From assembly GCF_965197445.1 (NCBI RefSeq), contig NZ_CBDANE010000005.1, positions 139,877 through 203,876 on the forward strand: a stretch of DNA of 64,000 nt, written 5' to 3'. Below, piece by piece: positions 47,936-56,899 of the stretch. The notes beneath the pieces were generated by a model. It searched no databases. It had not been told where the DNA came from and worked only from the letters and a program-made list of their open reading frames with translations. How positions within the stretch are numbered: position 1 is the stretch's first letter; the number at the start of each line of letters is the position of its first letter. The position numbers and the translations under genes were made by a program. The stretch comes from Candidatus Palauibacter sp. Lineage in GTDB: Bacteria; Gemmatimonadota; Gemmatimonadetes; Palauibacterales; Palauibacteraceae.

Positions 47936-49249
47936 TCAAGCGAGAAGGAGGAAACCTCCGGCGGCCAGCGCCGCCGCGAAGAGGGCATAGGGGAGTTGCG
48001 TGAGCGCGTGCTCGACGACACCGCAGCCGGCGCCCCTCGCGGCCAGGACGGTCGAGTCGCCGTAGAAGCAGGCGTGGCTCCCGAACGCGCTTGCGGAGAT
48101 GAGCGCCCCGATCACGAGCGGCATCTCCGCCCCCACCGAGTCCGCGAGCGGCAGCACGATGGGGATCGCCACCGCGAAGATTCCCCAGAAGGAGGCCGTC
48201 GCGAAGGCGACGAACGACATGGTGAGGAAGGTGATCGCCGGGAGCAGCCGCGGTGTCATCAGCGGTTCCACCGTCTCGATGAGATAGGCGGTGAGGCCGA
48301 GCCCGTCGTTCACCTCCTTGAGGAGGAAACCACCGAACACCGTGGCCAGCGGCACGATCATCGTGAGGACCCCTGCCATGGCCGTGTCGAGTGCCGCGCG
48401 CACGCGCAGGAGCCGCGTCCCCACCACCATGGCGAGCGTGAGGCCGAGAGCCACGACGACACCCTTCAGGATGTCGAGGTCGAGCAGCCAGGTGGCGGCC
48501 ACGAGCGTCACGATCGGGACGATGAAATGCCACAGGCGCGCGCGTTCGGCGGCGGCCGGGTCGGTATCCTCCTCGAGCGCCGCCTCCTCGAGGCCCGGGG
48601 GGACGACCTGGCCCGTCTCCCGGGCGCGGCGCTCGGCTTTCCGCATCGGTCCGATCGCCGGGACGAGGCCGATCCCGACCAGCACCGCCAGGGCGACGGC
48701 GATCCACGCGTACAGCATGTACGGGATCGCATCGGCGTATAGGGCGAGACCGCGGCCGGGCTCCGCCCATCCGGTGTCCTCGAGCAGGCCGGCGAAGAAA
48801 GCGGCCCACGTCGAGATGGGGACGAGGATGCACACCGGTGCCGCGGTCGAGTCCACGACGTAGGCGAGCATCTCACGCGAGACGCGGTAGCGGTCGGTGA
48901 AGCGTTTCACGGAGGAACTGACGGCGAGCACGTTCAGGTAGTCGTCGATGAACACGACGAGTCCCAGTAGCCACGTCACGGCGAGCGACCCGCTGCGAGT
49001 CCGAATGCGCGCGGAAGCGGCATCGCCGAACCTGGCTGCCGCGCCCACGCGGACGAGAAGCGTGATGAGGCTGCCGAACAGCGCGCAGACGAGGATGATC
49101 CAGCCCACCGTCTCGTTCTGCATGACGGCGACCATGCCGTCCGTGAACGCCGTGAGCGGGTCGCGGGGCGCCAGGATCACGAACCCGACGAGCGCGCCCG
49201 CGATGAGCGATTCGACCGGTCGGCGCGTCGCTATGGCGGCGGCCAGCAC
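47936..49249 (-). CDS. Na+/H+ antiporter NhaC family transporter
   Basis: About eleven TM helices with the NhaC-like conserved segment LAVSSSVKRFTDRYRVSREMLAYVVDSTAAP. The N-terminus may extend upstream in frame. Confidence 0.7.
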   Translation of the reverse strand: MLAAAIATRRPVESLIAGALVGFVILAPRDPLTAFTDGMVAVMQNETVGWIILVCALFGSLITLLVRVGAAARFGDAASARIRTRSGSLAVTWLLGLVVFIDDYLNVLAVSSSVKRFTDRYRVSREMLAYVVDSTAAPVCILVPISTWAAFFAGLLEDTGWAEPGRGLALYADAIPYMLYAWIAVALAVLVGIGLVPAIGPMRKAERRARETGQVVPPGLEEAALEEDTDPAAAERARLWHFIVPIVTLVAATWLLDLDILKGVVVALGLTLAMVVGTRLLRVRAALDTAMAGVLTMIVPLATVFGGFLLKEVNDGLGLTAYLIETVEPLMTPRLLPAITFLTMSFVAFATASFWGIFAVAIPIVLPLADSVGAEMPLVIGALISASAFGSHACFYGDSTVLAARGAGCGVVEHALTQLPYALFAAALAAGGFLLLA

Positions 49250-49339
49250 GACCGCGGTCGGGATCAGGCTTACGGCGCCGAAATGCTCCAGCAGGGACTC
49301 CCTTCTCCGGAGGCGAGATCTCGCGCCCCCAGCGGCGGT

Positions 49340-50170
49340 TCAGCCGAGACGCACTTCGTCGCCGACCCTGGCCGTGCCCGCCCCGGCCACCTCGCACTTG
49401 ACGCCGACGTTCCCGTCGTTGTGGTCGAAGGCGGCGCGCAGGACCCGCGGATCCTTCGGCAGTTCCCCCTGCGGGAGCGTGACCATGACGCAGCGCAGGC
49501 AGGGCCTGGTCACCCGCATGCGGGCGTCGCCGATGCGCAGCGTCTGGCCCACCCAGCCGTTCTCGACGAACCCCCGCGCGCCGGCCGTCGGCTCGATGAC
49601 GATGTTGGGACGGAACCGGTCCGGGTGGAAATCGCTCCCGGGCACGAGGCCGCGCAGGTGATCCAGGCTCGCGGTCGTCAGGAGGTGCAGGCTCGAGCTG
49701 TCGAAGAACTCCCCGGACGGCAGTTCCCACGACGTGACCTCGTCGCGGTACGTCCGTCCGTCCTGGACCAGCCCGTCCATGTCGGGCCAGTGGTACTCGC
49801 ACGTCGCCCCCTCTGGCGACTCCGTCGCGAACACGACTTCACGGCCCAGCAGCGCGCTCAGGCGAGCGTCCAGACGGCTGCGGTCCGCGCTCGATACGCT
49901 TTCGCCGTCTTCGAAGCGGACGGAAATCGGCCCCTCCCCGTTCTCCCCCGCGAAGCTCGCCGAGAGACCGAACACGCTGCCCCACGTCCGCGGTCGCTTC
50001 GCGCTGACGACACGCCCGGTTTCGCGGTCGATCAGCGCCCCGGTCCTGTCTCCCTCCACGCCTCGGGGCGTAATCCGGACCGCCTCGAGGGACTCTCCCC
50101 CCATCGACTTCACGGGATAGCGGTGAAGACTCACGACGCGACCGACCACCTCTCCGTGCGCCGCGTTCAC
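49340..50170 (-). CDS. MOSC domain-containing protein (N-terminal beta-barrel plus MOSC)
   Basis: VSLHRYPVKSMGGESL (MOSC_N). RPNIVIE. TRPCLRCVMVTLPQG with the conserved Cys. Confidence 0.8.
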   Translation of the reverse strand: MNAAHGEVVGRVVSLHRYPVKSMGGESLEAVRITPRGVEGDRTGALIDRETGRVVSAKRPRTWGSVFGLSASFAGENGEGPISVRFEDGESVSSADRSRLDARLSALLGREVVFATESPEGATCEYHWPDMDGLVQDGRTYRDEVTSWELPSGEFFDSSSLHLLTTASLDHLRGLVPGSDFHPDRFRPNIVIEPTAGARGFVENGWVGQTLRIGDARMRVTRPCLRCVMVTLPQGELPKDPRVLRAAFDHNDGNVGVKCEVAGAGTARVGDEVRLG

Positions 50171-51544
50171 AGGAGCAGCGACGCGAGGTAGGCGACGCCG
50201 GTCCCGCCGAGCAGCACGAGCCCCACCCAGGTCAGGACCACCATGCCGCGCCCCGGCCGATGCTCCGTCGGCACGGCCGAAGAGGTCACCGCGCGCAGGT
50301 TGAAGTACCCGAGGACGGGTGCGGTGAGGAAGGCCACGATCGTCGCGAAGTCCACCATCGCGGTCAGACTGCCGGAGAAGCCGAGGATGATGAAGAAGGC
50401 GATGACAGGCAGCGCGACCATGCTCCACCAGTAGACGGGGCCCACCCGGGTGACGGTCTCCGCCGCGACGCGCCCGCGCAGGTTCGCGAACGTGCGCTCG
50501 ATGGCCCGGGGAAAACCGTCCGTCACGGCGAGGAGGCTCGAGAAAATCGTCGCCATCGCCGCCACCAGAACGATCGGACGAGACCACGAGCCGAGCGTCG
50601 TGCTGTACATGTCGACGAGTTGCGTCGAGAAGACGGCGCCGGCGCCGCTCAGCGTCACATCCGCCTGGTAGAGGACCGTGGCCCCGACCGACACGAAGAT
50701 CGAGGGCGAGGATACCGGTCCCGACAAACCCGATCAGGAAGTCACGTTTCGCGTCCGCGACCGAGGTTCGCGCACCCGTCGACTTGTCCTTGGCCAGCGT
50801 CCACAGGCTGCTCCACACCGCCACATCCACGGGCGACGGCATCCACCCGATGAGGGCGAGGAGGAAGGCGAAGGGCACAACCGTTCCCACGACGCCACCG
50901 GGCCAGAGGGCGAGCGTCGAAAGGTCGGCTCGCGGGGCCGCGACGAGCGCGGTCGCCACGGTCGAGAGGACCAGCATCGCGAGCAGGATCTTGATCGTGA
51001 TGTCGAGGCCCCGGAAGCGCCCCACGGCGAGCACCGCCGCGCAGGCGCCCATCAGCACCGCCGCGGTCGCGGCCAGCGGCCACTCCACGCCGAAGGCGTA
51101 GCGCGTGAGGTAGGCCATGAACATCGCCAGCGCGGCGAGCGAGATGATCGCGGTGACGAGAGTGATGGCCAGAAACAGCCATAGCGCCCAGCGGCCGATG
51201 TCGCGGTATCCCTCGACCAGACTCCGTCGGGTGGCGGCCGCGTACCGCGCCCCGTACTCGAAGAAGGGATACTTGAGGATGAGCGCGAAGACGATCACGC
51301 CGACGAAGGCGAACCCCGCCTCCGCCCCCGCGCGCGTGGACTGCACGAGATGGGAAACGCCGACGGAGGTCGCGGCCCAGATGAGGCCGGGGCCGAAGCT
51401 CTTCCAGAAGCTGGAGCGGGTGCGCGCGGTGGGTTCGCTCAATGGGTCTTCTCCGGCCGGACCGTGAGTCGCGGGGCGAGGGTCAGTGGAATCTGAGGAT
51501 GAACCCTCGCCGCCCCATGGTGCAACGCCGTGCGGATCGTGCAA
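50167..51544 (-). pseudogene. Nramp family divalent metal cation transporter with a frameshift near 50700-50730
   Basis: The N-terminal two-thirds (FGPGLIWAATSVGVSHLVQSTRAGAEAGFAF...) is in one frame. The C-terminal third (MSGPVSSPSIFVSVGATVLYQADVTLSGAGAVFSTQLVDMYS...) is in another. This may be a genuine frameshift or a sequencing error. Confidence 0.6.
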
Positions 51545-54201
51545 TAGTGAGTCGCCGCCCGTTCGTTTCTCGAACCCCGGAGATACGCCCCGTGCTATCC
51601 ACGCTCGCGCTCGCCGCGATCATTCAGCTACCCGTCCAGGCCCAGGAACTGGCGCCGGGCGCACGTTACGATCCCGACATCCCGACTCTCCGCGAGGTGG
51701 TGGGACACGGCTTCCGGGAGGCCGTAACCCCGCCGGACGATGTGATCCGGTACATGGAAGCGCTGGCCGACGCGGCCCCCGAGCGGACGCGCCTCATTCA
51801 CTACGCGGAGAGCTGGGAGGGGCGTCCCCTCATCGTCCTCGTGATCGGATCTCCGGACCGCATGGCGCGGCTCGACGAGGTGAAGGCGGGACTCGCGCGG
51901 CTCGCGAACCCCCGCGGGCTCTCCGAGGCTGAAGCCGAGGCGCTTCTGGACGAGTTGCCCGTCGTGACGGCGCTCATGCACGGCGTGCACGGGAACGAGA
52001 TCAGTTCCAGCGGCGCCGCCATGGCCGAGGCCTACCACCTGCTCGCGGCCCGGGGAGATGCGGATGTCGAACTGATCCTCTCCGAATCCCTCGTCCTCAT
52101 CGACCCCATGGAGAATCCCGACGGGCGCAACCGCTTCGTGTACCAGAACGGGATCGCCCAGGCCCGGTGGCCCGACGAAGCCGGGGTCTCCGCCGAACAC
52201 GACGAGCCGTGGCCGGGCGGCCGGGGGAACCACTACCTGTTCGACCTGAACCGGGACCTCTTCATCCAGAGTCAGCCCGAGACGCGCGGCAAGGTCGACA
52301 TCTTCCTCGAATTCCGGCCCCAGATCGTGGTGGATCTCCACGAGATGGGCGGGGACGCGACCTACTTCTTCCCGCCCACGGCGCCGCCCTCCAACCCGTG
52401 GTACGGGGAGCGGCAGATCGCGCTGATGGACGTGTTCGGGGAGGCGATCGCGGGGAGGTTCGACGAACGCGGCTTCGCGTACTTCAACCGGGATGTGTAC
52501 GACCTTTTCTATCCGGGTTACGTGGACATGTGGCCGATGGGCCACGGCGCTCTCGGAATGACGTACGAACAGGCGAGCGCCCGCGCGCTCAAGCTTCGGC
52601 GGTCGGACGGGGATCTGCTGACGTACGGCGACGGCGTGCTGCACCACTTCACCGCGGCGACCGAGACCGCGCTCACGTCCGCCCGGAATCGCGAACGGAT
52701 CCTGCGCGACTACCTGGCCTTCGCGCGGGAAGGGATCGCGCTCGGCGGGCGGGGTCCTGCGGAGATCGTGCTCCATTCGACGCACGACCCGGGGATGGCG
52801 GAACGGCTCGCCATGATGCTGGTCGAGAACGGGATCGACGTGTTCCGCGCCGCCGGGCCCGTGACGGTCGAAGATCGGACGCTGGCCCCCGGCTCGAGCT
52901 TCATCGTGCCGCTCGACCAGCCGACGCACCGCTTCATCCACAACCTCCTCGACACGCATGTGCCCATGGAGGAGGACTTCGTGCGGCGGCAGATCGAGCG
53001 CCGCGCGCAACGGCAGCCGGACGAAATCTACGACCTCACGGCGTGGAGCCAGCCGCTGTTGTGGGACGTGGAGGCGATCGAGACGCCGGCGACCGGGGCG
53101 CGTGGTGAAGCCGTAACGGTCGGCGGCATGGCCGCGGCGGATGTGGCCCCGCTGCCCGAAGCGCTCGTCGGGTACCTGATCCCGTGGGGCACGAACGGGG
53201 CCGCGGCGGTTGCGGAGGCGCTGCGTGAAGGCATCCGCGTCCGGGCGGCCGGCGCGGCGTTCACCCTGGACGGCCGCGGCTACGGCGTCGGCACCGCGAT
53301 CGTCCGCGCGGGCGAGAACGGACCCGATCTGCGCCGGCGCCTGGCCGACATTGCCGCGGGCCACCGCGCCGAAGTCGTCCCCATCGACGACGCCTATGTG
53401 CGCGAAGGCATGTCGCTCGGAAGCCGCCGGGTCCGGGCGTTGCGCGAACCCGGCGTGCTGCTCGTCTACGATGCCCCCGGTCGGAGCCTCTCCGTGGGCT
53501 GGGCCCGCTATGTCCTCGAGCGGCGCTACGGCCAGCGCACGAGCGCCGTGCGGGCGTCGGGCCTGGGCCGCGCGCGGCTCAACGACTACGACGTGATCGT
53601 CTTTCCGAGCGGCAACTACGGCAGTGCCGTGGGCGAGGGCCTCCTGGATCGCATCCGGGCGTGGATGCGCGACGGAGGCACGCTTATCACCATGGCCGAG
53701 TCCTCGCGCTGGGCCTCGGAGGTCGGGCTCATCGCCACCGAAACGGAACGCCGGGGCGGACGGGCCGAGGGCGACGACCCGCCGGAGCCCGGCACGCCGG
53801 AGCAACCCATCGAATACCTCGACGCGATCTCGCCGGGGGATGAGTCACCCGAAGGCGTGCCGGGCGCGATCCTTCGCACGCTGCTCGACACGGAACACTG
53901 GCTCGCGGCCGGGACCGATGGCGAGATCGGCGTCCTCGTCGAGGGCTCGCGCGTATTCCGCCCGATCACCCTCGATCAGGGCACGAACGTCGGCCGCTAC
54001 GCCGAACTCGAAGATCTCGTCCTGAGTGGCATCGTGTGGGAGGAGTCGCAGCCGCAGCTGGCCAGCAAGGCCTTCCTCATCCACCATCCGGTCGGACGCG
54101 GGCAGCTCGTGGCCTTCGCCGAGGACCCGAACTACCGCGCCTACAGCGAGGCGACCCAGCTACTGTTCATGAACGCCGTCCTTCTCGGACCGGGTCGATA
54201 A
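51517..54201 (+). CDS. M14 family zinc carboxypeptidase, secreted multi-domain
   Basis: HGVHGNEISS (the HxxE zinc motif). Signal-like N-terminus. About 890 aa. Confidence 0.7.
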   Translation: MVQRRADRAIVSRRPFVSRTPEIRPVLSTLALAAIIQLPVQAQELAPGARYDPDIPTLREVVGHGFREAVTPPDDVIRYMEALADAAPERTRLIHYAESWEGRPLIVLVIGSPDRMARLDEVKAGLARLANPRGLSEAEAEALLDELPVVTALMHGVHGNEISSSGAAMAEAYHLLAARGDADVELILSESLVLIDPMENPDGRNRFVYQNGIAQARWPDEAGVSAEHDEPWPGGRGNHYLFDLNRDLFIQSQPETRGKVDIFLEFRPQIVVDLHEMGGDATYFFPPTAPPSNPWYGERQIALMDVFGEAIAGRFDERGFAYFNRDVYDLFYPGYVDMWPMGHGALGMTYEQASARALKLRRSDGDLLTYGDGVLHHFTAATETALTSARNRERILRDYLAFAREGIALGGRGPAEIVLHSTHDPGMAERLAMMLVENGIDVFRAAGPVTVEDRTLAPGSSFIVPLDQPTHRFIHNLLDTHVPMEEDFVRRQIERRAQRQPDEIYDLTAWSQPLLWDVEAIETPATGARGEAVTVGGMAAADVAPLPEALVGYLIPWGTNGAAAVAEALREGIRVRAAGAAFTLDGRGYGVGTAIVRAGENGPDLRRRLADIAAGHRAEVVPIDDAYVREGMSLGSRRVRALREPGVLLVYDAPGRSLSVGWARYVLERRYGQRTSAVRASGLGRARLNDYDVIVFPSGNYGSAVGEGLLDRIRAWMRDGGTLITMAESSRWASEVGLIATETERRGGRAEGDDPPEPGTPEQPIEYLDAISPGDESPEGVPGAILRTLLDTEHWLAAGTDGEIGVLVEGSRVFRPITLDQGTNVGRYAELEDLVLSGIVWEESQPQLASKAFLIHHPVGRGQLVAFAEDPNYRAYSEATQLLFMNAVLLGPGR

Positions 54202-54237
54202 CAACCCGGGGAGACTCTCAGGGAAAGGAGCCGAACC

Positions 54238-54597
54238 ATGAGCGCACGCACCAGAGGACAAGCCGGCGCGTTCGTCGCCATCCTCATCCTCTACTACATC
54301 CTTCACCGCTTCGTGTACGAACCGGTCTCCGGGGTGGCCGTTCCGGGATGGGTCGCCCTCATCGTCGGCGGGGCCATCTCCGTGTGTTTCCTGGACTGGG
54401 TCAACCAGACGGTCCGTAGCTCGATCAGATCAGCCGTCATCATCGCGATCTCCCAGGCCATCGTCGTCCACGTCTACGGCTGGCTGAGGGGAGAAACCGA
54501 GTTGGTGACCGGCGTGGTGGGCTCCGTTCTCCTCATTGTCGGCTGGGCCGCGGTCGGCTTCGTCTACGGCAAGCTCGGAGGCGACGTCCACTCCTGA
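54238..54597 (+). CDS. Small membrane protein, hypothetical
   Basis: Good RBS GGAAAGGAG seven nt upstream of the ATG. Three TM helices. Confidence 0.5.
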   Translation: MSARTRGQAGAFVAILILYYILHRFVYEPVSGVAVPGWVALIVGGAISVCFLDWVNQTVRSSIRSAVIIAISQAIVVHVYGWLRGETELVTGVVGSVLLIVGWAAVGFVYGKLGGDVHS

Positions 54598-54602
54598 AGC
54601 GC

Positions 54603-54642
54603 GACGCCCCGTTCGAACCGAACGTCGAACGGGGCGTCGCCA
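54603..54642. terminator. Bidirectional intrinsic-terminator-like hairpin
   Basis: GCGACGCCCCGTTCGA-accgaacg-TCGAACGGGGCGTCGC is a perfect 16-bp stem. It lies between convergent genes. Confidence 0.5.
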
Positions 54643-54645
54643 GGC

Positions 54646-56709
54646 CTACGAGCCGGCGTCCTCGGAGACGGCCGGCCGATCACGGTGGGTGCCGAAGCGC
54701 TCGAACCAGCTGCGCAGGAAGAGCTGTGTGCGCAGGAAGTTCGAGGGCGTGCTGCTCGTCCCGTGCCACTCGTTGCGGAAGCGGATCATGGCCGTCGGCA
54801 CGCGCTCCATCTTCAGCGCCTGGTAGTACTCCTCGGTCTGCGGCATCGGCGTCCGCAGGTCCATCTCCCCCGTCATCAGCATGGTGGGCGTCGTCACGTT
54901 GCCCACGTACATAAGCGGCGAGCGGCGCAGGTGTTCCGAGGGGTCGTCCCACGGGAAGTTCTCGAAGTTGCGATACCAGCCGGGGCCGTCCGTCGTCCCC
55001 ACGAAGGAGAGCCAGTTCGTGACCGGACAGTTCGCCGAGGCGGCGCGGAAGCGGTCCGTGTGGCCGACCACCCATGAGGTGAGCACGCCGCCTCCGGAGC
55101 AGCCGTACACGAACATGTTGTCTTCGTCGACGTAGCCGCGGTCCAGGACCTCATCGACGCCCGCCATCAGGTCGTCGAAGTCCTTCGAGGGGTACGCGTT
55201 CTTGATCGCGTTCCCGAAGTCCGTGCCGTACCCGGAGCTGCCGCGGGGGTTGGTGTAGAGGACGACGTACCCGTTCGCGGCGTGTTCCTGCCACCCGAAG
55301 TTGAAGCCCGTGTTGTACATGCCGTGCGGGCCGCCATGGATCGAGAGGATCAGCGGATACCGCTCCGACGGATCGAAGTCCGGCGGCTTCACGATCCAGC
55401 CCTGGATGTCCCAGTCATCCACCGATTTGTACCAGACTTCCTCGACATCGCCGAGGGTGACGCCCGCCAGCACGTCGTCGTTCACGTGCGTGAGCTGCCG
55501 CAGGTCGCCTCCGTCGTCTAGATCGAAGGACACGACATCGCCCGGACCGTGGGCGTCGCTCAGGGTGCCGACCGCCATCCCGTTCTGGTTGAAGGAACTC
55601 AGGCCGAGGAGGTGGTTGCCGTTCGTGACCTGGGTCACGCCCCCGTCCAGAGACGCGAAGTGCAGGTTGCGCGTGCCCTCCCGGTTCACGTTGAAGTAGA
55701 CCCCGCTCCCGTCCGGTGCCCACATGAGCTGCGGGCTCCCGCGCATGCCGCGGTCGAAGTCTCCCGAGATCTGCCGCATGCCCGTGCCATCCGGGTTCAT
55801 CACGTAGATGTGGGAGTTCCGGTACGTGTCGTCGTTCCACGGCTGACCCGAGTAGGCGATGAGGCTGCCGTCGGGCGAGGGATAGGCGCCGCCGTCCGGC
55901 CCGTATCGCGACGTGAGCTGCCGGATCGAACCCGCGCCCACGTTCACCGCATAGATCTCCGATTCCCGCCAGTTGTACTCGGAGTCCTGCTCGCGCAGCG
56001 ACGAGAAGTAGACTTCGCCCCCGTCCGGACTCCACTGCGGGTTGCTATGGTTCCATATGCCGTCGGTGAGCTGCCGCGGCGTTCCGCCGTCGGCCGGAAC
56101 CACGAAGATGTGGGAATGACCCTGGTCGACGTACCCGCGCCGGTCCTGACGATAGTCCATGCGGGTGACGATCTTGGGGCCTTCCGTCCACTTGGCTCCG
56201 TCCGGGCGGCTCGGCATGTCGAGCGGCCAGCTCTCCTCGTCCTCCACCAGCATGGTGAACGCGATCTGCGTGCCGTCCGGGGACCAGCGGAGGCTGCCGG
56301 GAGACTGTTCAACCCGCGTGATCTGGGTGGTCGCGCCCTCCGCATCCATCCAGCGCACGAAGATCTGCGAGCCCTCCGGCTCGCCCTCCGCGGTGAAGGC
56401 GATGCGGGTGCCGTCCGGTGACCAGATCGCCCCCGAGCCGTCGATCAGCTCGCGCTTTCGGGTGCCATCTGCGTTCATGATGTACAGGGTGGATTCCCAG
56501 CGGTCGTTGATCTGATCGATCAAGCCCTTCGTGTAGACGACGTGGCGACCATCCGGGGAGATCTGGGGGTTGGAGACGCGCTCCCAGTCCATGTACATGT
56601 CGAGGGACAGGGTTTTGGGCCCGTCCCCGTTCTGGGCCGAGAGCGGCGCGACCCCGACGAAGAGGACCAGAAGCAGACTCGCGGAAGTGAAGCGGGCGGC
56701 GCGATACAT
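54646..56709 (-). CDS. S9 family serine peptidase with an N-terminal TolB-like beta-propeller, secreted
   Basis: Signal peptide MYRAARFTSASLLLVLFVGVAPLSAQ. SPDG-repeat propeller. Catalytic nucleophile motif GCSGGG. C-terminal Asp and His of the triad (GEMDLRTP, NEWHG). Confidence 0.85.
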   Translation of the reverse strand: MYRAARFTSASLLLVLFVGVAPLSAQNGDGPKTLSLDMYMDWERVSNPQISPDGRHVVYTKGLIDQINDRWESTLYIMNADGTRKRELIDGSGAIWSPDGTRIAFTAEGEPEGSQIFVRWMDAEGATTQITRVEQSPGSLRWSPDGTQIAFTMLVEDEESWPLDMPSRPDGAKWTEGPKIVTRMDYRQDRRGYVDQGHSHIFVVPADGGTPRQLTDGIWNHSNPQWSPDGGEVYFSSLREQDSEYNWRESEIYAVNVGAGSIRQLTSRYGPDGGAYPSPDGSLIAYSGQPWNDDTYRNSHIYVMNPDGTGMRQISGDFDRGMRGSPQLMWAPDGSGVYFNVNREGTRNLHFASLDGGVTQVTNGNHLLGLSSFNQNGMAVGTLSDAHGPGDVVSFDLDDGGDLRQLTHVNDDVLAGVTLGDVEEVWYKSVDDWDIQGWIVKPPDFDPSERYPLILSIHGGPHGMYNTGFNFGWQEHAANGYVVLYTNPRGSSGYGTDFGNAIKNAYPSKDFDDLMAGVDEVLDRGYVDEDNMFVYGCSGGGVLTSWVVGHTDRFRAASANCPVTNWLSFVGTTDGPGWYRNFENFPWDDPSEHLRRSPLMYVGNVTTPTMLMTGEMDLRTPMPQTEEYYQALKMERVPTAMIRFRNEWHGTSSTPSNFLRTQLFLRSWFERFGTHRDRPAVSEDAGS

Positions 56710-56899
56710 GACTACCTCCTGCCGAAAGCGGGACACCGTGCAGATCTTCAACGTACGCCGGAGAACGCGGGCCGCGAAACCGCACGCCCCCGCCGGACGC
56801 CGCGAGCCACAAGGGGAAGCGTCGGCGCTGGCGTGCCGGCCGGGTGGCGATGCAGCTTGCGTCGAGCTTGAGCAGAGGGAATTCCGGAAGAGGTGCATC

